DNA of 64,000 nt from Anthoceros angustus (Eukaryota > Plantae > Anthocerotophyta). The position numbers were made by a program, and so were the translations under genes. Numbering within the stretch: position 1 is the stretch's first letter; each line of letters opens with the position of its first letter. Shown here piece after piece: positions 46,991 to 61,068 of the stretch. The stretch is taken from NCBI GenBank assembly GCA_010909165.1, contig MU008155.1, positions 1,054,001 through 1,118,000 of the forward strand, given 5' to 3'. The notes beneath the pieces were generated by a model. The model had not been told where the DNA came from. It saw only the letters and a list, made by a program, of their open reading frames with translations, and did not search any database.

Positions 46991-49039
46991 AGGAGGTAGC
47001 GACGGTTCCATTGCTTTTGTGCATCATTACATACAAGCGAATGGGAATGTATGTGACGATCACGATGACGGATGCGGGCTCTCGCCCCATCCGCGGACAC
47101 CTTCCTGCCGAGTAGGGCGTGCTTCCTTTCACCATAGGATAAACATTCCTTTACTACTAGTAACGGCACAACGAGAGTGCACTTTACCACGGTGGTTTAT
47201 TTTACTACACCGATGAAAGGCACGAATTAAGGGCCGAGCTCTCGGGACGCATCGTTCCCATGAACAAAATGAAGCCTTAAATGCGAAAGAAGACTGGGGA
47301 AAGGGCCTCTATGGATTGCCTCCACAACGTCGTTGTGCGCTCTATAAAAGATTTCTAAGATGTGGCGTTGTGCAATCCGGGAAGACACATCCTGTGATCC
47401 GGCCTGACTCGGAGCCTCCGAGAGGGCACAATTTGGATGCACGCCATCTCCATGATCCGCTTGAAATCCAACGCCTGGGATTGCGCCATGTAGCCGTCGC
47501 GTCGCGTCGACATGTGTGGATCGCGCCTCGAAGCCTCCGAATGCCCATACTGCTCCCGGGTTTGCTGATAGAGTTCTAGGTCTCGCCGCCCATCCCGGTG
47601 CTCGGTCATCTCCTCCAGACATTGGCAGCGTGCTACACCGAACCCGTAGGAGCAACCCTTCGTGGAAGAGAAGGCGCACCGATTCGCGATCCTTGAAGAG
47701 GCCGATGCTTGCCAAGGCAAGCGGAACACCAAGAGGTGCCGCAAGCGGGCATGTAGGAGGTCGGGCAAGCTGAGGAGGAAGTGGAAGAGCGCGGGCCTGG
47801 TTTGCCAGTCATGGGGTGCCTCCTTATATGCACAACTGGCACCAATGACTGTCTGCCACGCGGCCGGAGCACTGGGTGAGTTCTGGCACTTCCGTTACAG
47901 TGTAGATGCCCGCGTGACTTATAAGGACATGCACGACCAGGTCTGAGGGAGGCAGTCGGGTGTGCGCGAAACTTGAGTGGTCAAGAAGATTCGATGCGCA
48001 GTCAAACCATGAACTCAGGTTAAATCATAAACCGGACCCTAAACCCTACCCCATGTTCCTTGGGCTTCGAAATGCGGTACCCAGTGAAGGGTTTCTACCC
48101 TTTGCACCGAAGCCCAAGGAAGAATTGAATTAGGGTTTTTGGTTAAGTACCCTTGGCCGACGGGACTCGCGGGGAATATGCAGGTGTGAGGTGGATTGAC
48201 ATGGTGAAACCTCATATTATTACCGATATTCAAGGAAGATAAAGGCCATAAATGCACGGATATTCACCCCAAATTTCACTAATACTTTTTTGGTGTGTTA
48301 AAACCTGTTCCCACCGGAGGGTAGTGAAGCCGGAACGGAAGCTCACGGCCTCCCTCTCCAGCGAGGCGCCGTTACCATGGCGACTATACATAGGAGGAAA
48401 TTGCGGCAATGTCATCGGCGCTTGGGCCGACAGGGTTTCAAACCGCTATTGGGAACTCCCTGTTCGCAGCCGTGTAGGAATCCACCGGTCATCAGGCACA
48501 TCTCTATTGGGCGTTCGGCAGCGCAAGTTGAAGTTGCAGGAAGTACGCACGTCAACAAGCGTGGTGAGTGACATTTGTCCCTGGAGATTTCCTAAAAGCA
48601 TGTGCATCGACGGCAACAGAAGATACCTCTGGAATGTGTGATTTGCGATTTGCAGGATGTTGAACTCACTTGCGGATATACAGAGCAAAACAGAATAAAA
48701 GGGCGAGTTCTGCCCGTTCTTGCTCGCGTGTAGACTCAAAAGCATTCACCAAGTTTCCTGTTTCGATTGATGCGGTTAACGTGCCGCGACATTTCCATGA
48801 GAGGGCAGTAAAGGCACCTCACTCGAGTAACACAAAGAAGTAGAACTGCAAGGTTCAGGGACCTTCCTAGCAACTATCGTCCCACTCGAATGCATCCCCA
48901 ACATGTCGGGAGCAACGGGTGAGGAATGACGGCGGATCCCACGGCGCGGAGACAAAGACACAGTCGATGCACTTCAATCGACGAAGCCATAAGCTCACCG
49001 AGTTCTCCATGTTCGGGCTTGTAGCGTCATCGCCATCGG

Positions 49040-49680
49040 CCTCGCCGACGGGCTGTCAAGGGTCATATTTCCTAGGCATGCTGGACGCCTCCCTTCGGGC
49101 GGAGTTGTTCGACAACCGGTCAGTGAAAGACTCGATGCATCCACCTGCCCACCGCGCCCGGGAGGTTGGGACTTGGCATCCGCCACCGTGGTTCACCACC
49201 AAGCGCCATGCTCCAATGCAATGAGAAATCGGGGACATCATCGGCTGCGAGTCCATGTTTAGGAGGAAACAAGCGATATCGAGAGGCGGCTGCGACGGTC
49301 CAAGACTATGTACCTTCTACCACCATTCAACGCAATCGGTTTGATCGCCATCGGCTGGCCGACGGCCCAAGGGTCATATTTCCTAGTGAATCTGGAGCGA
49401 CGCCCTTCCTCGGAGTTGTTCGACACCAACTCGGTCGTAGTGAAAGACTCTGATGCATCCACCGCCTGCGCTGACACCGGCCCGGAGGGGGTTGGGACTT
49501 GGGCATCCGCCAGCTGTGGTTCACCACCAAGCGCCATGCTCCAATGCAATGAGAAACTGGGGACATCGGCCTGCGAGTCCATGTTTAGGAGGAAACAAGC
49601 GATATCGAGAGGAACCGTGGCTGCGACGGTCCAAGACTATGTACCTTCTACCACCATTCAACGCAATCGGTTTGACCGTC
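49040..49680 (+). repeat. ~310-350-bp tandem duplication
   Basis: CAAGGGTCATATTTCCTAG...CCAAGACTATGTACCTTCTACCACCATTCAACGC occurs twice. Confidence 0.85.
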
Positions 49681-50339
49681 CTTACGTCCCACGCCGCTGG
49701 TGAAGCAGAGGTACATTGTAGGGTCTCGCTGACACGATAGAACCTACCAGGGACAGCGCACACGCCTGTCACTGTATGGGGCAGTCAAGAGGACTGAACA
49801 GGAGCCCACGCCCAGGTACAAGAGGGCGTGTGACAGGTAGAGGAAGGCCAGCATCAATCACAGCAGGCCGGGGGGGACTGGGTCGTGAATCGTGTGGGGG
49901 GTGGCCTATGGAAGGCAATGGCACAAGGTATCACCGTGTGACATGTGGGGTACATGGCATTCAAATTTTGAACACTTGCGGTGGTAGAAAGATCACCAGG
50001 CGTGAACATGGATATGCAAGCGCGGGAGCTGAGCACTTCGACAACATCACACACTTCGGTCAAGCTTGGAAGAGGTGGAACACGGTGGGAATGGTGCGGA
50101 CGAAGGTGGGGAAACCTCCTGCGGTGCAAGGTGGGCCGCGGGCAGCGGAAGCGATGGAGGGCGGGCGACGGGGATCCGGACTCACCATCGGCACTCCGCG
50201 GCGCGGGTTGCAGCGACGATGTCGAGAGAGAACGAGAGTGCAGCGGAATGCCCGCAAATTGCATGTGACGATGGCAATGGCACCGGCTGGGAGCTGCGGG
50301 GAGGAACTCGGGGTGACCATGGACGGCTGTCAGGATCAT

Positions 50340-53300
50340 GTAGCGGGCGTGCTTGCAGGCGAAGAAGGTGAAGTGGTCGGCATGCAGCGCACGGCAGCCG
50401 AGGACGACATCCAATCTCAACTCGGATCGGTGTGATGATGAAGTTGCCGCTCGGCGAGATCTTAGCAACCGGGGAAGCATGGGCGGGCGGGAGGTAGCCG
50501 GTGGGGAAGAAGGAGAGGAGAGGAGGGCGGCGGTTGGAGCCCTCCGCAGAGCCGAGGGCTCCATTGTCGAGGCGGTAGAAGCCCATTTCCGCCGAATTTT
50601 GACATCGATTGGGAAGGACGGGGTTGGTACGCCAGGCGTTCTCCGGAGCACTGTGGCGGGGGCTTGGATCAGCACCCGGCGGAAGTTCAGTTAGACGCGT
50701 TCCGAGGGGGCTCACCCATTGTGAGTGGCGCGGGGTGCTGAGCATGGTGCACCAACTGGTGCAAACGGACATACGGACATTGCGATGCTGGAGGGAGCTG
50801 TTGGAGGACAAGATTGAAGAGCTGCGTAAAAATCAAATGCACGGCTTATCGGTGGGGAGGTGAACAAGCAATTCAGCCAGTGTCAAAGATCTCGGATCTG
50901 CCGGTGTAGGAAGGCTGCAAGGGCACTTGTGATCAACAAAAGGCAGCCGCGGAGGAAGGCAGAGAAGCAAGTGCGCATGCCTCCCATCATTGCAAAGGAT
51001 GTATGGTTGAAGTGCGTACAAGAGGAAGAGGCAAGGTATGCGCAAGTGGAAGCCGGGAGGTCTTGAAGCGACAAGCCATAGGCTGCATGTCAAGCGGAAG
51101 GGGGAACCAACGGACCCAACCCATACGGCAGACAAGGGCGAGAGGGATACTGTGCCAAATTTCGGAAGTGCTGGGAAGACATCCAACATGGGCGGAACGG
51201 GAGGTAGCCGGTGGGGAAGAAGGAGAGGAGAGGGGTTGACAGTTGAGCCCTCCCAGAGCCGAGGGCCTTTGTCGAGGCGCAGGTAGAAGCCCATTTCACC
51301 GAATTTTGACATCCGAAGGACGGGGTTCAGCTACTTGAGAGCGCTCCCGAGAGCACTGGGTGGGGAGTTTGATCAGCACCCGCGGAAGTTCAGTTAGACG
51401 CTCGCCGAGGGGGCTCACCCACTGAGTGGCGCTGGTGTTGAGCATGGTGCACCAACTGCAAACGGACATACGGACATTGCGTGGCCGGAGGGAGCTGGAG
51501 GACAAGAAAGAAGAGTCGGTAAAAACCGGGTTGCACCGGCTTATCAAGTGGGAGGTGAACAAGCAATTTAGCCAAAGGTCAAAGATCTCGGATCCGCCGG
51601 TAGGAAGGCCGGGCACTTGTGATCAACAAAAGGCAGCGGAGGAAGGCAGAGAAGCAAGCGCATGCCTCCCAACATTGCAAAGGATGTATGAAGTGCGATA
51701 AGAGGAAGAGGCAAGGTATGCGCAAGTGGAAGCCGGAGGTGCCGAATGCGCCAAGAAGCTAGCCGCCGATGTCAAGCGAAGGGGGAACCAACGGACCCAA
51801 CCCATACGGCATAAGGGCGAGAGGGATACTGCCAAATTTCGAAGTGCTGGGAAGACATCCAACATGTAAGAGTGCCGGGGTTCTAACGGTGTAGAAAACA
51901 TGCGAGCTTTGGGCAAGCACATTTACGGAATTGGGTAAGGTGGTTTGCGTGTTCTTCATCCCGGAAATATGGACGGGGTGGTTGGGCTTTGGAAAAGTGA
52001 TGCACACACCAAGGCGGGCATGCACAAACATAGGCGAGAATAGTGTGCACAATAAGCTGCGTTTGCACATGCCATGTGTGAATCTAATCAGGATGATGTT
52101 CTGCAGAGCATAATGGAGAGGAAGGAGGTATGGAGGAAGTGGGAGAGGAGGGTGGAGAGGACGTGCCATAAGCCCCAACTGGCCAAATACCGAATAGTGG
52201 CTTCTGTGGGGGCCTGGGAAGTCCGTCTTTGCTTGAGAGGATGGAGTTGGCTACGCCTAGCCACCATCTATCACTACCAGAGGGAGCGCTCCAGACTGTT
52301 GAGGATGGCAGGGAACACTACTACAAAACGGGGCAGAATATGACGGTGGCCTTATGTCGGCATCATTAGCGCGTAGTCCGTTTATGTGGTAGAAAGATCA
52401 CCAGCGTGAACATGGATATGCAAGCGGAGCCGAGCACTCGACAACATCACACACTTTGGCCAAGCTTGGAAGAGGTGGAACACGTGGAATGGTGCGGACG
52501 AAGGTGGGGAAACCTCCCGGTGGTGGTCGGCACGCGATGGAGGGCGGGCGACGGGGATCACGGACTCACCATCGGCACTCCGCGCGCTGGCTGCGGACGA
52601 TGTCGAGAGAACGAGTGCAGCGATCGCCCGCAAATTGCATGTGACGATGGCAATGGCTACCGCGGGAGGAACTGGGTGACCATGAGCAGTCAGACGATCA
52701 CGCCGTAGCGGAAGGCGTGCTTGCAGGCGAAGAAGGTGAAGTGGTCGGCATGCAGCGCACGGCAGCCGAGGACGACATCCAATCCCAACTCAGATCGGGG
52801 TGTGATGATGAAGTTGCCCTCGCTCGAGCAGAGATCTTAGCAAACTGGCAGGAAGCATGGGCGGAACGGGAGGTAGCCGGTGGGGAAGAAGGAGAGGAGG
52901 GAGAGGGGCCGACAGTTGGAGCCCTCCGCAGAGCCGGAGGGCTCCATTGTCAGAGGCAGAGGTAGAAGCCCATTTCCGCCGAATTTTGACATCAGTTGGG
53001 AAGGACGGGGTTCGCTTTGTGAGCGCTCCCGTAAGAGCACCGTGGGAGTTTGATCGCACCCGCGGAAGTTGTGTTAGACGCTCGCCGAGGGGGCTCACCC
53101 ATTGTGAGTGGCGCTGGGTGTTGAGCATGGTGCACCAACCGGTGCAAACGGACATACACATGGCGGCGCCGAGGGAGCTTGGAGGACAAGAAAGAAGAGT
53201 CAGTCATAAAACCGCTTATCAAGTGGGAGGTGAACCACCAAAGGTCAAAGATCTCGGATCCGCCGGTAGGAAGGCCGCAAGGGCACTTGTGATCAACAAA

Positions 53301-53470
53301 AGGCAGCCGGAGGAAGGCAGAGAAGCAAGCGCGCATGCCTCCCAACATTGCAAAGGATGTATGGTTGAAGTGCGATAAGAGGAAGAGGCAAGGTATGCGC
53401 AAGTGGAAGCCGGAGGTGCCGCCGCCGAAGTTTAGCGCCATGTCAAGCGGAAGGGGGAACCAACGGACCC
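50340..53470 (+). pseudogene. Degenerate CACTA accessory (TnpA-like?) ORF, present in three partial copies
   Basis: Repeated peptide EVAGGEEGEE...EAHFRRILTSIGK...GLTHCEW...PPIIAKDVWLKCVQEEEARY at ~50480, ~51190 and ~52860, on the same strand and downstream of the transposase. Confidence 0.4.
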
Positions 53471-53499
53471 AACCCATACCATATAAGTAGAGGGATACG

Positions 53500-55530
53500 T
53501 ACAAATGAAGTGCTGGGAAGACATCCAACATGGGCAGAGGTGGGGTTCTCTAACGGAAAACATGCGAGCTTTGGGCAAGCATTTCGGAATTGGGTAAGGT
53601 GGTTTATGGTTCTTCATCCCGGGAAATATGGACGGGGTGGTTGGGCTTTGGAAAAGTGATGCACATAAGGAAATCGTGCACATGGCTTGCACATAGACCG
53701 AGAATAGCGATCGCCTGTAATCAAGGCTTGCACATGCCATGAATCTAATCAGATGATGTTCGCAGAGTATAATGGAGAGGAAGGAGGTATGGAGGAAGTG
53801 GGAGAGGAGGGTGGAGAGGACGCTATAAGCCCCAATCGCCAAATACCAATAGTGGCTTCTGGGGGCCTCAAAGTCCGCCTTTGCTTGAGAGGATGGAGTT
53901 GGCCATTTAGCCACCATCTATCACTACCGAGAGGAGCGCCCAGATCGCTGAGGATGGCAGTGGAACACTACTACAAAACGGGGCGTATTATGACGGTGGC
54001 CTTATGCGTCGGCATCATTAGCGCCGTAGTCCGCTTATGGGGCCGAATGGGGTAACCACGGATGTGTCCACGCAGCCGAGGTGGTTGCGAGCATTGGTAA
54101 TGTCGGATATGTCGACCGTCATTACGTGCAAGGAAAACGGGTCATGACCTCGCCATCCGGTATTCGGTCGAAAGCAGTGTCGCTCGTCTTCGAAGTGCTG
54201 GGAAGACATCCAACATGTAAGAGTGCCGGGGTTCTAACGGTGTAGAAAACATGCGTAGCTTTGGGCACACTCGGAATTGGGTAAGGTTTATGGTTCTTCA
54301 TCCCGGGAAATATGGACGGTGGTTGGGCTTTGGAAAAGTGACGATACCAAGGAAATCGTGCACATGGCTTGCACATAGATCGAGAATAGCGATCGCCTGT
54401 AATCAAGGCTTGCACATGCCATGAATCTAATCAGATGATGTTCGCAGAGCATAATGGAGAGGAAGGAGGTATGGAGGAAGTGGAGAGGAGGGTGGAGAGG
54501 ACGCTATAAGCCCCAATCGCCAAATACCAATAGTGGCTTCGTGGGGGCCTCAAAGTCCGCCTTTGCTTGAGAGGATGGAGTTGGCTACGCCAGCCACCAT
54601 CTATCACTACCGTAGGGAGCGCCCAGATCGCTGAGGATGGCAGTGGAACACTACAAAACGGGGCAGAATATGACGGTGGCCTTATGTCGGCATCATTAGC
54701 ACGTAGTCCGTTTATGGGGCCGAATGGGGTAACCACTGGATGTGTCCACGCAGCGAGGTGGTTGCGAGCACTGGTAATGTCGGACATGTCGACCGTCATT
54801 ACGTGCAAGGAAAACGGGTCATGACCTCGCCATCCGGTATTCGGTCGAAAGCAGTGTCGCTCGTCTTCGAAGTGCTGGGAAGACATCCAACATGTAAGAG
54901 TGCCGGGGTTCTAACGGTGTAGAAAACATGCGTAGCTTTGGGCAAGTACTCGGAATTGGGTAAGGTTTATGGTTCTTCATCCCGGGAAATATGGACGGTG
55001 GTTGGGCTTTGGAAAAGTGACGATACCAAGGAAATCGTGCACATGGCTTGCACATAGATCGAGAATAGCGATCGCCTGTAATCAAGGCTTGCACATGCCA
55101 TGAATCTAATCAGATGATGTTCGCAGAGCATAATGGAGAGGAAGGAGGTATGGAGGAAGTGGAGAGGAGGGTGGAGAGGACGCTATAAGCCCCAATCGCC
55201 AAATACCAATAGTGGCTTCGTGGGGGCCTCAAAGTCCGCCTTTGCTTGAGAGGATGGAGTTGGCTACGCCAGCCACCATCTATCACTACCGTAGGGAGCG
55301 CCCAGATCGCTGAGGATGGCAGTGGAACACTACAAAACGGGGCGTATTATGACGGTGGCCTTATGTCGGCATCATTAGCGCCGTAGTCCGCTTATGGGGC
55401 CGAATGGGGTAACCACGGATGTGTCCACGCAGCCGAGGTGGTTATGCAGCATTGGTAATGTCGGATATGTCGACCGTCATTACGTGCAAGGAAAACGGGT
55501 CATGACTCACGCCATCCAGATTCGGTCGAA
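53500..55530 (+). repeat. 3 x ~677-bp tandem repeat, each unit with a CACTA-like motif
   Basis: GAAGTGCTGGGAAGACATCC at ~53508, 54192 and 54869; CACTAC(TAC)AAAACGGG at 53966, 54649 and 55328 (also 52316). Confidence 0.9.
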
Positions 55531-55742
55531 ACCGTGTCCCGCTGGCCTTCTGTGCACTTGGGGGCTGGCGCGCTGCCGTTCAAGGTTTGGTGGGCATCTC
55601 GCGTTCGTGTCAATCTTCCATCGACATGGAACAGCAAGCCTTCTCGCCACCGAGAACTTTGCAAGGGTTTGTTCATCCAGATCATCCAGGAAGTGCTAGA
55701 GCCGCCGCTTCAACGCAACCCTGCTTGCCTCTCCCTCCACAG

Positions 55743-58700
55743 GAGCTATGCGCGCATCATGGCCGGTATTGGTGAAGCGAGCCGCCATCATCTGGTGCCG
55801 CTGAGAAGACATGGGCCAGTGGGCGTCCCGTCTGCGCGGCTTCTTTCCTTGGTTCATGGCTAAGGTTAAATCATATGCAAACCACGTGTCATGTCTTTGG
55901 GATAAATCATATGCAAACCGGCATTGACATTCGATAGCCACTTGACGACGATCATACCAGGCGGGTTGGAGGCTTTCGAATCCGGGATGGATGCACTTTG
56001 CGTGAACGGGGAAGCGGCCCGGCCGGTTCCTTTATGTCCCAAGATGGTTCAGTATAGAAGCGTTTTGGCATGGCGTCCCGATCTTCCAGGCTTGTCCTTT
56101 GAGGCGGCTGATCATGCCATATTCCGTGATTTGCGCTTGGATCGGTCCGGAACACACGGGCCCATGCTTCAAATCTTTATAGCGTCGTGAAAACACAAAG
56201 GTAGCCTATGGCGCATAATCTTCAAACAACATGCCGACAAAAGCACATAGCAAGCAATCCAAGTCACAAAATTGCTATGCCTTTGCTCACGGTGCTCCAC
56301 CCTCGCCAATGTGGGATAGTGTGCTCAAAATTGAAATGGGAAGTGCCCACTTGGCCGGGCTGGCATCGACACCGCCATCTCCCCAACTTCATCTAGGCCA
56401 CCTTGGCGTTTTGGGCGTATACATCGACAACCACTCTGACAGAATGGCCGGAGGTCAAACACAAAAGCATAGCCTTGGCACCCAATCGTGCGCTCCTTCC
56501 TTCCGCCGACATTGGCAAGCGGACAACCACATGGCAAGCCGGACAACCACATCGCAAGCCATCAAAACCGAGAAAGCCCCTTCGTCGTTCAGGATGAAGT
56601 CCGTGTAGCATAAAAGCGCCTGCGGTTGTAGATGAGCAGGCTTGCTGCGGATGATGAAAGTTGGCACCTCATCCGGTGCCGACACAATCTTCATTGTCCC
56701 CACGTGCTTGCAGGGGGCCCGGACAATTTCCAGCATGGCACGCGGAGGGCTGTCAAGAGGATCCTCCGCTTGTCCCATGGAGGGCCAATTGACCGGGCCA
56801 TAATACTCCGTGCTACGTGGCAGCGGAAATCGACTTCAACTGGAGCTCCGCCAGCAGGTTCGCTCACGATATCGATGGCACCGCCCATTCCTCGGCATAC
56901 CTCTACGTAAGGGTGGGTCTAAGTCGATCACGAGGCGAGAAAACTTGTGGCCGAGGAGGAAAGGACTAAAAACATCTTGCTAGCCGGTAGACACCTCCAC
57001 CACCACGGCCATCTAGAAGTCGTGCTTGCAAGCGCGCCGCCTCCACCACGGCCGCCACGAATGACCCAAGCTCCTTCGCCTCTCCGGCCTGGGCCCAGTC
57101 TTCACTTTAACCCACCACCACCTGCCTCCTTCTCGTGCATATGCTCCGCGCAGTGGAGTTGGCCCCCCATCCTCTGTGCACAGGCGGGTTGAATTGAACC
57201 GCCGGCACATCGTGTCCAGGCCCGATGGCTCCGCCACCTCCAACACCCAGCGCCCGATCCCTTCCACCCACACGGGGATCTCGGCGTCCACCACCAGATA
57301 CTGCCTTGGACACATAGTCCCGGAAGGAAGGGCGGGGCCTCCCAAATCCATATGGCGATCGCGCCTCCTTGGTTTGTGTTTGCCAAGCGTTGTCTCCTCC
57401 ACAGTGAGCTATGCGCATCATGGCCGGTATTGGTGAAGCGAGCCATCATCTGGTGCTACCGAGAAGACATGGACGAGGGCGCCCCGTCACGGCCTCAGCC
57501 TTGGTTCATGGCTAAGGTTAAATCATATGCAAACCACGTGTCATGGGATAAATCATATGCAAACCAAAGATTGACATTCGATAGCCACTTGACGACGATC
57601 ATACCAACCGAGTTGGAGGCTTTCAATCCGTGATGGATGCACTTTGCGTGAACGGGGAAGCGGCCCACGCCCGGCTCTTTATGTCCCAAGATGGTTCGAT
57701 AGAAGCGTTTTGGCATGGCCCGTCCCCGCCTTCCACCGTCCGACTTGTCCTTTGAGGCCGCCGATCATGCCATGCGTTTTGGCGCTTGGATACAACCAAC
57801 ACATGCCCATGCTTCAAATCTTTATGACAGGCCGTGAAAACACAAAGGTAGCCTATGGCCGCATAATCTTCAAACAACATGCCAAAGAAAAGCACATAGC
57901 AAGCAATCCAAGTCACAAAATTGCTATGCACGCTATTTGCTCCACCGCCAATGTGGGATAGTGTGCTCAAAATTGAAATGGGAAGTGCCCACACTTGACC
58001 GGGCAGGCATCGACACCGCCATCTCCCCAACTTCATCTAGGCCCACGCGACGCTTGGGCAGCATCACAACCACTACAGATAAAGAATGACCGGAGGTCAA
58101 ACACAAAAGCATAGCCTTGGCACCCAATCGTGCGCTCCTTCCTTCGCCATACGTTGGCAAGCCCACACCACATCGCAAGCCATCAAAACCGAGAAAGCCC
58201 TTCGCTGCTCGGGATGAAGTCCGTAGCATAAAACCGCCTGTCGTTGTAGATGAACGGAAGCCGCAGATGATGAAAGTTGGCACCTCTCGGCCTCCGACAC
58301 AATCTTCATTGTCCCCACGTGCTTGGGGCCCGGACACAATTCCAGCATGGCACGCGGAGGGCTGGCCCAAAAGAGGATCCTCCGCTTGTCCCATGGAGGC
58401 CAATTGACCGGGCCATAATACTCCGCCAGACTGTGGTCGCGCAGAAATCGACTTCAACTGGAGCTCCGCCAATGTTCGCTCCGATATCGATGGCACCCGC
58501 CCATTCCTCGGCATACCTCTCAGAAGGGTGGGTCTAAGTCGATCACGAGGATGAAAACTTGTGGCCGAGGAGGAAAGGACTAAAAACATCTTGCTAGCCG
58601 GGTAGACACCTCCACCACCAGCGCCATCTAGAAGTCGTGCTTGCGCCCGCCTCCACCACGGCCGCCACGAATGACCCAAGCTCCTTCGCCTCTCCAAAGA

Positions 58701-59010
58701 TAGCCGGGCCTGGGCCTTCCCGCACAACCCACCACCACCGCCTCCTTCTCGTGCATATGTTCAAGCAGGAGTTGGCCCCCATCCTCGTGCATGTGCGGGT
58801 TGAATTGAACCGCCGGCACATCGTGTCCAGCCCAGATGGCTCCGCCACCTCCAACACCCAGCGCCCGATCCCTTCCACCCACACAGCGGGGATCTCGACG
58901 TCCACCACACTGCACATGCACATAGTCCCCGAAGGAAGGACGGGAGCCTGCTCCCAAATCCATATGGCGATCGCGCCTCCTTGGTTTGTGTTTGCCAAGC
59001 GTTGTCTCCT
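55743..59010 (+). repeat. ~1.65-kb tandem duplication
   Basis: GAGCTATGCGC...ATCATGGCCGGTATTGGTGAAGCG at ~55743 and ~57406, with collinear downstream sequence. Confidence 0.88.
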
Positions 59011-61068
59011 CCGAGGCGGCCTCGCACCACCAGGGGACTCACTACCTCCGCCCCGTCGTGGTGGGGAGGCTTCCGATAATGTCGCCGGGGGTAGCTCCAT
59101 CGGCCTCCGGACACCTCTTCGCTGGCGGCGGGGTGGCCATTGCGCCCGAGCGGGAAACCACGGCGATGTGAAGAAGGGAGGACGGGAGGAATACGTCGAT
59201 GTTGCTTGCGTCCCACGATGTCTGCCGCAGTTTGGGCGTGAAAGTCTTGAGCGCAGCGTAAGCTTTCTTTCGGTGGAAAGGATGTGTGGAGATGTGCGTT
59301 CTTTCTACCGGAAAACCCCAATTAAGCATGGTGTCATTTGGACCATCGAGTGATCGGGCAAAGTAACCACCCTTTCACACTACCAACCAGATTTTGTGCA
59401 TCACACCGCAAAGGCCCATACCGTTAGCCGTGCTTAGGCGTGAAAGATGGAGTGTGTCTCCCCAATCATGTAGGTAGCCCGTGTGCAAGCGGACATTTGG
59501 GCGATTCCGTGAGCCGTTTAGAAAGAAGCGCGTTCACATCGCCGACGGTGGCCTTCAAACCCCGCCCATGTGTTGCCATAAATCGGTTGCACGCTCGCAC
59601 CACATTGTGTTCGCGATATGGAGGATATGGCCCCTCCGGCCCGTGATGGATGATCCCACCATTGTATTGCCCATGTCCTTGTGCTCCTTCGCCGTCAAAT
59701 ACGGCGGACATTTCTCTCCGTCATGTCCGCTTTTGGGATATGTTAGCAGCCTTGAGGTGATGTCTTTTGCTTGCAACCGCAATTGCTTTGATCGGAAGAG
59801 CTTGCTTCATATGCTTTCGAGCATCGCACTTTGGCACATGTTGCGGTCGGCGTCCGATTATTACTTGGAACGCTACTGGACAAGGAGGCATCACTCCGCC
59901 TCTCCAAAGATAGCCGGGCCTGGGCCTTCCCGCACAACCCACCACCACCGCCTCCTTCTCGTGCATATGTTCAAGCAGGAGTTGGCCCCCATCCTCTGTG
60001 CAGCGGGTTGAATTGAACCGCCGCACATCGTGTTCAGCGATGGCTCCGCCACCTCCAACACCCAGCCGCCGATCCCTTCCACCACGGGGATCTCGGCGTC
60101 CACCACACTGCACATGCACATAGTCCCTGAAGGAAGGACGGAGCCTGCCTCCAAATCCATATGGCGATCGCGCCTCCTTGGTTTGTGTTGCCAAGCGTTG
60201 TCTCCTCCGGGAGGCCTCGCACCACCGAGGACTCACTACCTCCGCCCCGGCCGTGGTGGGGAGGCTTCCGATAATGTCGCCGGCGGTAGCTCCATCGGCC
60301 TCCCGGACACCTCTTCGGCGCGAGGTGGCCATTGCGCTGTGAAGCGGAAAACCACGGCGATGTGAAGAAGGGAGGACGGGAGGAATACCGTGGCCATGCC
60401 CCGATTTGGGCGTGAAAGTCTTGAGCGCAGCGTAAGCTTTAACTCAGCGGAAAGGATGTGGAGATGTGCGTTCTTTCTACCCGAAAACCCCAATTAAGCA
60501 TGGTGTCATTTGGACCATCGAGTGATCGGGCAAAGTAACCACCCTTTCACACTACCAACCAGATTTTGTGCATCACACCGCAAAGGCCCATACCGTTAGC
60601 CGTGCTTAGGCGTGAAAGATGGAGTGTGTCTCCCCAATCATGTAGGTAGCCCGTGTGCAAACGGACATTTGGGCGATTCCGTGAGCCGCTTAGAAAGAAG
60701 CTCACATCGCCGACGGTGGCCTTCCAAACCCCGCCCATGTGTTGCCATAAATCGGTTGCCCGCCGCACCACATTGTGTTCGCGATATGGAGGATATGGCC
60801 CCTCCGCCCGTGATGGATGATCCCACCATTGTATTGCCCATGTCCCGATCGTGCTCCTCGTCAAATACGGGCGGACATTTCTCCGTCATGTCCGCTTTGG
60901 GATATGTTAGCACGCGCAGAGGTGATGTCTTTTGCTGCTTGCAACGCAATTGCTGGTCGGAAGAGCTTGCTTCATATGCTTTCGAGCATCGCACTTTGGC
61001 ACATGTTGTGGTCGACGTCCCGCTTATTACTTGGAACGCTACCGGACAAGGAGGCATCACTCCGCCTC
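58684..61068 (+). repeat. ~1.2-kb tandem duplication
   Basis: CGCCTCTCCAAAGATAGCCGGGCC at ~58687 and ~59897, with collinear downstream sequence. Confidence 0.88.
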
